Below, in pieces: positions 1-5,388 of a stretch of DNA of 10,299 nt. This DNA comes from an uncultured Janthinobacterium sp. (GTDB lineage: Bacteria > Vulcanimicrobiota > Vulcanimicrobiia > Vulcanimicrobiales > Vulcanimicrobiaceae). Below the pieces are notes generated by a model, which saw nothing but the letters and a program-made list of their open reading frames with translations, made no database searches and was not told the origin of the DNA. The number at the start of each line of letters is the position of its first letter. The stretch's first letter is position 1. The position numbers were made by a program, and so were the translations under genes. The stretch is from the NCBI GenBank assembly GCA_964658025.1, contig CAZZXB010000104.1, forward strand, positions 1 through 10,299. Reading direction: 5' to 3'.

Positions 1-288
1 CTAGCTCCGGCGCGCTTCGCCCGCGCGGTAGCGGTAGACGATCCGACCCTTCGTCAGGTCGTACGGCGACATCTCGAGATCGACGCGGTCGCCCGGTAGA
101 ATCTTGATGCGATGACGGCGCAACCGCCCCGCGATGTGGGCGAGGATCGTCTGGCCGTTTTCGAGCTCGACCGCGAAGGTCGTGCTCGGGAACACCTGCT
201 TGATCGTTCCGAAGAGTTCGAGCGGCGCTTCTTTCGAGGGTTCCTCGGTCGAGCGAGCGCGGTTGGAATACGAGCCACGAGCGGCTAT
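1..288 (-). CDS. infA: Translation initiation factor IF-1 with short N-terminal extension; probable non-canonical ATA start at 288
   Basis: Translation contains a clear IF-1 OB-fold signature ([64 protein letters not shown]); TAG stop at 3..1. The ORF-track start (GTG 393) lies inside the upstream gene and upstream of the apparent promoter. No other in-frame ATG/GTG/TTG precedes the domain. ATA at 288 is preceded by GGAAAG and GGTG. Identity is secure; the start is inferred. Confidence 0.9.
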   Translation of the reverse strand: MAARGSYSNRARSTEEPSKEAPLELFGTIKQVFPSTTFAVELENGQTILAHIAGRLRRHRIKILPGDRVDLEMSPYDLTKGRIVYRYRAGEARRS

Positions 289-314
289 GAGCGCACCAGT
301 CTTTCCATCGTCAT
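285..314 (-). other. Candidate upstream mini-ORF (MTMERLVRS*) whose TAG stop overlaps the proposed ATA start of infA
   Basis: Minus strand reads ATG ACG ATG GAA AGA CTG GTG CGC TCA TAG from 314 to 285; ATAG overlap with the infA frame. The first ATG is 9 nt downstream of the TATACT box, and GGAG sits 5 nt before it. Confidence 0.35.
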
Positions 315-323
315 ACGAGCTCC

Positions 324-352
324 AGTATACCCGGGCCGCACGATCCTGGAAA
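324..352 (-). promoter_or_regulatory. Sigma70-type promoter for infA (-35 TTTCCA, 17-bp spacer, -10 TATACT)
   Basis: Minus strand TTTCCA (352-347), N17, TATACT (329-324): 4/6 and 5/6 consensus matches at optimal spacing, in an intergenic gap of a GC-rich sequence. Confidence 0.65.
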
Positions 353-364
353 GGGCCGGGGCGC

Positions 365-772
365 TCAATCCTCCGCGACGAGCCCGTCGGCACCCTCGAC
401 GTCCTGGTCGACGTCGAGGACGATCGGGGGGTTGAGGACGTCGGCGACGTCGCCGAAGAGCGTCACCGCGTCGCGGAATTCGTCGTATCCCGCCTCGTCG
501 ACCGTGAACCAGGCGACGGCCGCGGAATCCTCGCCGTTCGGCGCGATGAGATCGATCTCGAGCGGTTCGTCGTCGGGGGTCGGCATGAAGACGTATTGCA
601 GGAGATCGAGTCCGATGAAGACGTTGAGGACGTCCGCCACGCGACCGAGGAGTTCGGGGCGCCGACGCTCGTCGCCGGCCTCCGCCTCGCGCAACAGCGT
701 TTGGAGTTCCGGCGCGAGCGCGTCGAATCCGGCGAACGCGCCCAGAGGATGCTCTTCGTTGTCCCCGTCCAT
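365..772 (-). CDS. Highly acidic hypothetical protein (135 aa)
   Basis: From ATG 772 the ORF reads as a plausible globular protein ([27 protein letters not shown]...) with GC-rich third positions. The longer ORF-track start (925) overlaps the divergent Cys-rich gene. No family recognised. Confidence 0.7.
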   Translation of the reverse strand: MDGDNEEHPLGAFAGFDALAPELQTLLREAEAGDERRRPELLGRVADVLNVFIGLDLLQYVFMPTPDDEPLEIDLIAPNGEDSAAVAWFTVDEAGYDEFRDAVTLFGDVADVLNPPIVLDVDQDVEGADGLVAED

Positions 773-814
773 CCCGTCGCACTGCGTTCGGCGATCCGTC
801 CGCACCTGCCGCTC

Positions 815-840
815 GTTTCGCGGCGGATGCTCGCGGGAAA
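815..840 (+). promoter_or_regulatory. Putative SigB/SigF-type general-stress promoter (GTTT-N16-GGGAAA) upstream of the metallothionein-like gene
   Basis: GTTT at 815-818 and GGGAAA at 835-840, ending 9 nt before ATG 850; resembles the SigB/SigF consensus GTTT-N15-17-GGGWA. Confidence 0.4.
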
Positions 841-849
841 CCCGACGAC

Positions 850-1050
850 ATGACGACCGGCACGACACCTTTGCGTTGCGAGAATCTCGCATGTCTCTGC
901 GAGACCGACGCCTCCAACGCGGCATGTTCCGACTTTTGCGCGTCGCCCGACGCGCGCGATCCGCAGAACGTCGCCTGTGCGTGCGGTCATCCTAAGTGTG
1001 CCGAGGCGATCGAAAAGCAACTCCACGGCGGCGGCGGCAGCGAGGGCTGA
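850..1050 (+). CDS. Prokaryotic metallothionein-like protein (66 aa, 8 Cys + 2 His)
   Basis: C-x4-C-x-C ... C-x3-C ... C-x-C-G-H-x2-C spacing resembles SmtA/BmtA-type bacterial metallothioneins; fills the gap between flanking genes without overlap. Confidence 0.75.
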   Translation: MTTGTTPLRCENLACLCETDASNAACSDFCASPDARDPQNVACACGHPKCAEAIEKQLHGGGGSEG

Positions 1051-1059
1051 CGCCCGCCG

Positions 1060-1713
1060 CTATCTCGCGCGGACGAGCTTCGGAAATTTCTCGCGGAGCG
1101 CCACCATCTTGGGCTCGTCGACTTCGACGATGTACGGATACGTCGGATTTCGCTCGGCGAAATGCTGGTGGTACGATTCGGCGGGATAGAACGCGCGGAA
1201 CGGAACGACTTGCGTGACGATCGGGGCCGCGAACGCGTGTCGCGCCGTGAGCGACGCGATCGTCGCGTCGGCGATCTTCTTCTGTTCGGGCGACGCGTAG
1301 AAGATCGCCGAACGGTATTGCGATCCTTCGTCGGGACCCTGTCGATCTCGCGTCGTCGGATCGTGCGCGACGCCGAAATAGACCGCGAGCAACGTCGCGT
1401 ACGAAACGCGTTTGGGATCGAAGGTGATCCGCACCGACTCCGCGTGACCCGTCGTGCCGGTCGAGACCTCGTCGTACGTCGCGTGGGCCGCGTCGCCGCC
1501 GGAATATCCGCTCGTCACGTCGGTCACGCCCTTCACGGCTTCGAACACCTCGTCCATGCCCCAGAAGCATCCGCCCGCGAGCACGGCCGTCTCCGTACCG
1601 CGCGCCGTGGAATCCGTCGCGGCCGCCGCGGGCGGTGCCTGCGCGCGTGCGAGCAAGGCGAGGGCGATCGCCGCGACGGCGAGGACGGAGTGGGGGCGCG
1701 GGCGGCTTCGCAT
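1060..1713 (-). CDS. msrA: Peptide-methionine (S)-S-oxide reductase MsrA with N-terminal signal peptide
   Basis: Motifs AGGCFWG, SGYSGG, TGHAE, HDPT..DRQGPDEGSQYRSAIF and FYPAESYHQ; basic plus hydrophobic N-terminus with Ala-rich cleavage region. Confidence 0.95.
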   Translation of the reverse strand: MRSRPRPHSVLAVAAIALALLARAQAPPAAAATDSTARGTETAVLAGGCFWGMDEVFEAVKGVTDVTSGYSGGDAAHATYDEVSTGTTGHAESVRITFDPKRVSYATLLAVYFGVAHDPTTRDRQGPDEGSQYRSAIFYASPEQKKIADATIASLTARHAFAAPIVTQVVPFRAFYPAESYHQHFAERNPTYPYIVEVDEPKMVALREKFPKLVRAR

Positions 1714-1715
1714 GA

Positions 1716-1746
1716 CGTAACGTATAACGTCGCCGGCCGCGTTTCC
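1716..1746 (-). promoter_or_regulatory. Putative ECF-sigma promoter GGAAAC-N18-CGTTACG directly upstream of msrA (probably leaderless)
   Basis: GGAAAC at 1746-1741 and CGTT at 1722-1719, 5 nt before ATG 1713; same architecture as the motif at 4020-4050. Confidence 0.5.
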
Positions 1747-1774
1747 GATTCACGCGCGCTCGCGCGCGCCGGCC

Positions 1775-2257
1775 TCAGCGATCGCCGTCGCGGTCGTGCC
1801 GCCACCGGTCGCGACGGTCGTCGTCGTGGCGGTGGCCGTGCCAACCGCGATCTCCGCGATCCGAGCGCCAGCGATCGCGTTCGTCGTCCTCGCGACTGCG
1901 GTAGACGACGGGCGTTCCGTTACAGGCGTTCCCGTAGCCGTAGCCGCACACGCGACCGTCTCCGTTACTCGTATAATACGTCCGGCCGGTCGGATACGTC
2001 ACGCGGCCGTCGGCGTGGACCGTGCCGCCGTCGCGCGTGTAGCCGACGACTTGATTCGCCGCCGCGCGTTTGTGTCGCACGTTGTCGTAGATCACGATAC
2101 CGGCGACGGCCGCCGCGGCACCGAGGATGATGTTGCGCGTGCTCGCGGCGCCGTCGGCCGAAGCGGGTCGCGGCGCGATCGACGCGACGAGCGCGAAGAG
2201 TGCGAGGATCGTGAAGAGCGTATGCGTCGCGCGGAACGTTCGAATCGATGCGGTCAT
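1775..2257 (-). CDS. Secreted hypothetical protein (160 aa) with charged low-complexity C-terminal tail
   Basis: Sec-type signal peptide ending PASA/DG, a second hydrophobic stretch (NIILGAAAAVAGIVIY), a Gly/Tyr/Thr-rich region with a Cys pair, and an R/D/H/W-rich tail. Confidence 0.75.
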   Translation of the reverse strand: MTASIRTFRATHTLFTILALFALVASIAPRPASADGAASTRNIILGAAAAVAGIVIYDNVRHKRAAANQVVGYTRDGGTVHADGRVTYPTGRTYYTSNGDGRVCGYGYGNACNGTPVVYRSREDDERDRWRSDRGDRGWHGHRHDDDRRDRWRHDRDGDR

Positions 2258-2338
2258 GGAATGGTTACTTCCGCTTTACGGAACGGAGCCGCATGCGGGG
2301 TCGTCTCGGCCGGAGCGAAACTTCGCGAAATCTCGACC

Positions 2339-3289
2339 TTAGCGCGACGCGACCCGCGCGCGATCGTGCGGTGCGTCGAGGTCGAGCGCGGGTCCGATCG
2401 GCACGACGCGCGTCGGATTGATGTCGTCGTGCGTCGCGTAATAATGTCGCTTGATGTGATCGAGATTCACGGTTGCGGCGATCCCCGGAAGTTGGTAGAG
2501 ATCGCGCAGATAGCCCGAGAGATTGGGATAGTCGGCGATGCGACGCAGATTACATTTGAAATGTCCGACGTAGACCGCATCGAACCGCACGAGCGTCACG
2601 AACGTGCGCCAATCGGTTTCGACCGGAACGTCGCCGAAGAGATAGCGCCGCGACCCGAGCCGGTCGTCGAGCTCGTCGAGCGTCGCGAACACGCCCCGCG
2701 CGGCGCGTTCGTACGCGTCCTGCGTCGTCGCGAATCCGGCCCGGTAGACGCCGTCGTTGAGCGACGCGTAGATCCGCTCGTTGAGCGCGTCGATCTCCTC
2801 CGCGAGACGATCGGGATAGAGATCGATCGCGTGTTTCGCAAAGGCCTTGAAGCGCGTTTCGAGATCGCGCATGATGTCGTCGTCGGAATTACTGACGATC
2901 GCGTTCGTGCGCGTATCCCAAAGGACCGGAACCGTGACGCGACCGCGATAGTCCGGATCGCGCGCGAGATACGCTTCGCTCAGATACGCGAAGCCGTTGA
3001 GCGGGTCGCGCGAGGCGCCCGGGACGTCGCGAAACGCCCACCCACGCTCGTCGCGGATCGGGTCGACGACCGTCATGCCGATCGCGTCCTCGAGCCCCAT
3101 GAGCGCGCGCACGATCACGGTGCGGTGCGCCCACGGACACGCGAGCGAGACGTAGAGATGGTAGCGATCGGCGGCGGGCGCGAAGGCGGTCGAACCGTCC
3201 GCCGAGATCCGATCGCGAAACGCGTCGCCCTGGCGTTCGAACGCGCCGTCCGCCGTCTGTTCTTCGGGGAATTGTGCCTTCACGCTCAT
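2339..3289 (-). CDS. yqjG: Glutathionyl-hydroquinone reductase (YqjG/ECM4, GST Xi/omega-like class)
   Basis: RYHLYVSLACPWAHR catalytic motif, plus GRVTVPVLWD, NDGVYRAGFATTQ, TLVRFDAVYVGHFKCN and HIKRHYY..H..INPT; 316 aa. Confidence 0.93.
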   Translation of the reverse strand: MSVKAQFPEEQTADGAFERQGDAFRDRISADGSTAFAPAADRYHLYVSLACPWAHRTVIVRALMGLEDAIGMTVVDPIRDERGWAFRDVPGASRDPLNGFAYLSEAYLARDPDYRGRVTVPVLWDTRTNAIVSNSDDDIMRDLETRFKAFAKHAIDLYPDRLAEEIDALNERIYASLNDGVYRAGFATTQDAYERAARGVFATLDELDDRLGSRRYLFGDVPVETDWRTFVTLVRFDAVYVGHFKCNLRRIADYPNLSGYLRDLYQLPGIAATVNLDHIKRHYYATHDDINPTRVVPIGPALDLDAPHDRARVASR

Positions 3290-3307
3290 CGTGTTCCGGA
3301 AGTTCCC

Positions 3308-3341
3308 AAAAAAAGACTCGGCCGCGCACGGCCGAGTCTTT
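3308..3341 (-). terminator. Intrinsic (rho-independent) terminator downstream of the 3371-3976 gene
   Basis: Perfect 13-bp inverted repeat AAAGACTCGGCCG (3312-3324) / CGGCCGAGTCTTT (3329-3341) with a 4-nt loop; T7 tract on the minus strand (3314-3308). A weaker TTTCTT tail follows on the plus strand. Confidence 0.88.
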
Positions 3342-3370
3342 CTTGGATCGGAACGGGCGAGACCCGCGGC

Positions 3371-3976
3371 TTACTGCCCCGCCTGGCGACGCGGGACTTC
3401 GAGATCGGACGACGTCTGGATGCGCACGTGCGCGCCCGTCGCGACGTTGAAGTTCGCCTTCGCGTTGTTGCCGTATGCGTACCCGGCGGCGGCGCCGCCC
3501 GCGAGACCGACGACGCTTCCGAGCGTGCCGCCGAGGACGCGACCGATCGTCTGACTTCCGACCGCGGCTCCTACGGCCGCGCCCAGCCCCTTGCGCGCCG
3601 TCGTGTTCTCGCTCTTGGCGTCCATCTTGAGGACCGAACCCTGTACGGGCGCCGTGTGTCCGTCGGCGAACGAAATCGAATCGAACGCGAGCGTCAACAA
3701 CGCCTTGCGGCCCTGACCCGCCGCGCGGACGCTCGCGACGTGGCCGTGGATCGACGCGCCTTCGAGGCCCGTCACGTCGTTCGGATAGGGTGCGACTACC
3801 TGCATCGTCACCTGGTCGCCGTCCTTCGCGGATTTCGTGTTGATGTCGGGCGACGTGAGTTGCGTGTTGATGGTCGATCCCGCGGGGATCGATTGCGTCG
3901 TCTGCGCGAGCGCCGCCGTCGATGAGAACGCGAGCGAGAGACCGAGTGCCGCCGTCGCGATGCGTGCCAGATTCAT
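3371..3976 (-). CDS. Secreted beta-rich protein (201 aa), TrbI/VirB10-C-like pattern with glycine-zipper segment
   Basis: Strong RBS TAAGGAG before ATG 3976; signal peptide ending ALA/Q; IPAGSTINTQL...GDQV...GASIHGHV beta pattern; GxxxG repeats (GLGAAVGAAVG...GGAAAGYAYG). The fold assignment is from pattern resemblance only. Confidence 0.8.
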   Translation of the reverse strand: MNLARIATAALGLSLAFSSTAALAQTTQSIPAGSTINTQLTSPDINTKSAKDGDQVTMQVVAPYPNDVTGLEGASIHGHVASVRAAGQGRKALLTLAFDSISFADGHTAPVQGSVLKMDAKSENTTARKGLGAAVGAAVGSQTIGRVLGGTLGSVVGLAGGAAAGYAYGNNAKANFNVATGAHVRIQTSSDLEVPRRQAGQ

Positions 3977-4019
3977 GCTGATGTACTCCTTACTGAGACC
4001 ATGACGTCGTATTCCCAAT

Positions 4020-4050
4020 CGTAACGTCGCCGCCCACCGCGTGCGTTCCC
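4020..4050 (-). promoter_or_regulatory. Putative ECF-sigma promoter GGGAAC-N18-CGTTACG
   Basis: GGAAC at 4049-4045 and CGTT at 4026-4023, upstream of the RBS of the 3976 gene; matches the msrA upstream motif. Confidence 0.5.
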
Positions 4051-4076
4051 TACGCGCGATTCGAAAAGGCGCGCCG

Positions 4077-5333
4077 TCACGCGCGCGCGCGGGGTGCGAC
4101 GATGAGTTGCGCGAGCAAGAGACCCGAAACGATCTCGACGGCCGCGACCACCGCGTTGAGCGCGATCGGGCCGGCGTCGGCGGCCTTGCTCTGGATGATG
4201 TAGAGGATGCTCTCGTAGCTGAGCGATCCCGGGACGATCATGATGACGCCCGGGATGAGGAGCACCGCCTGCGGCACGCGCAGCAGGCGGGCGCCGACGT
4301 TCGCGAAGCCCGCCACGACGAACGCCGCGCCGAACGTCGCGACTTGAAAGGCGGGCGTCGACGCGAAGAAGCGATACGCGAGTTCGGCGATCGCGCAGGA
4401 GCCGAGGACCCACCCGCCGTCGGCGAAGCGCGAGCGTTCGAGGACGCCGATGCCGAACGCGACCGCGCAGACGGCGCCGAGTAACGCGACGGTCGGGATC
4501 GGCGCGTACTTCAACGCCCCCGCGTGCATGTCGCCCGGACCGACGATCGCGATGCCGAGCGCGAAGCCGCATCCGAGCGAGAGGAGCGTCATGAACACGC
4601 TGCCGAGTCGCGACGTTCCGGCGACGAGGTTGTGGCTCGCGAGTTCTTGCAGCGCCGTCGTGAGTTGCCAACCGGGGAGCACTTGGACGACGCCCGCGAC
4701 GAGCGGAACGTAGATCGCGAGCGGATGGACGTCGCGCGCGTAGAGCGATGCGATCACCGTCGCGACGAAGCCCGCGAGGACTTCGAAAAGGCGATCGACC
4801 GCCGCGTAGCGCGCGCGAAAGAGGGAGACCACGCCGACCGCGACGCCGACGGCGGCCGCCGCATACGCTTCGTGGCGGCCACCTCCGAGCACGATCGCGA
4901 CGCCCGTCGAGAGCGTGCAATACGCGGCGATCACGGCGAGCGGCGGTAAGGGGCCCGTGAATGCGGCGATGCGCGCGATCTCCGAGATCGCGAACTCGCT
5001 CGCGATCCGTCGCTCGAGGACGCGATCGAACACGATGTTGAGCAGCGAGAGGCGACGCAGATCGATCTGACCCGGCGGGAGCCGCAACAGGACGACGTTC
5101 TGTTCCTGCGGCGGTCCGAGCGCGGCCGTGATGCTCGTCGGTAGGACGGAGACCTGTAATTCCAGGTCGAGCGCGCCGGCGACCGCGTGCATCACCTCTT
5201 CGAGTTGGTCGCTCGCCATCCCCGATTCGTGATACGCGCGACCGAAGGCGATCACGAGCGCCGCGCGGGGATCGTTCGCGACGGCGGCGATCGCGGCGAC
5301 TTCGGACGCGGCGACGGCGGGCGACGGCTCCAT
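4077..5333 (-). CDS. Threonine/serine exporter family protein (ThrE, fused two-domain form)
   Basis: N-terminal 'AFGRAYHESGMASDQLEEVM...VLPTSI...IDLRRL' ThrE-type region, multiple hydrophobic segments, and duplicated 'VLPGWQLTTALQEL' / 'PGVIMIVPGSLSY' motifs. ATG 5333 chosen to avoid overlap with the divergent permease. Confidence 0.85.
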   Translation of the reverse strand: MEPSPAVAASEVAAIAAVANDPRAALVIAFGRAYHESGMASDQLEEVMHAVAGALDLELQVSVLPTSITAALGPPQEQNVVLLRLPPGQIDLRRLSLLNIVFDRVLERRIASEFAISEIARIAAFTGPLPPLAVIAAYCTLSTGVAIVLGGGRHEAYAAAAVGVAVGVVSLFRARYAAVDRLFEVLAGFVATVIASLYARDVHPLAIYVPLVAGVVQVLPGWQLTTALQELASHNLVAGTSRLGSVFMTLLSLGCGFALGIAIVGPGDMHAGALKYAPIPTVALLGAVCAVAFGIGVLERSRFADGGWVLGSCAIAELAYRFFASTPAFQVATFGAAFVVAGFANVGARLLRVPQAVLLIPGVIMIVPGSLSYESILYIIQSKAADAGPIALNAVVAAVEIVSGLLLAQLIVAPRARA

Positions 5334-5388
5334 CGCGGCGACTTGCAACGCGGAAGTCAAAATACCCGTCGGCGGTGAACGAACGGCC

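Noticed and set aside
289..393. GTG 393 as the infA start (130-aa product)
   Set aside because: Overlaps the upstream CDS, lies upstream of the apparent promoter, and adds sequence unlike IF-1.
1031..1060. GC hairpin between the convergent metallothionein-like and msrA stops
   Set aside because: Bulged stem with no U-tract, largely explained by Gly codons; insufficient for a terminator call.
3349..3379. GGGCAG-N18-CGTTCCG as another ECF-type promoter
   Set aside because: Weak -35 match and it points straight into the terminator hairpin.
1796..3925. 709-aa plus-strand ORF
   Set aside because: Antisense shadow of three real minus-strand genes that happen to share one frame. It is R/V-rich, has no motifs and crosses a terminator.
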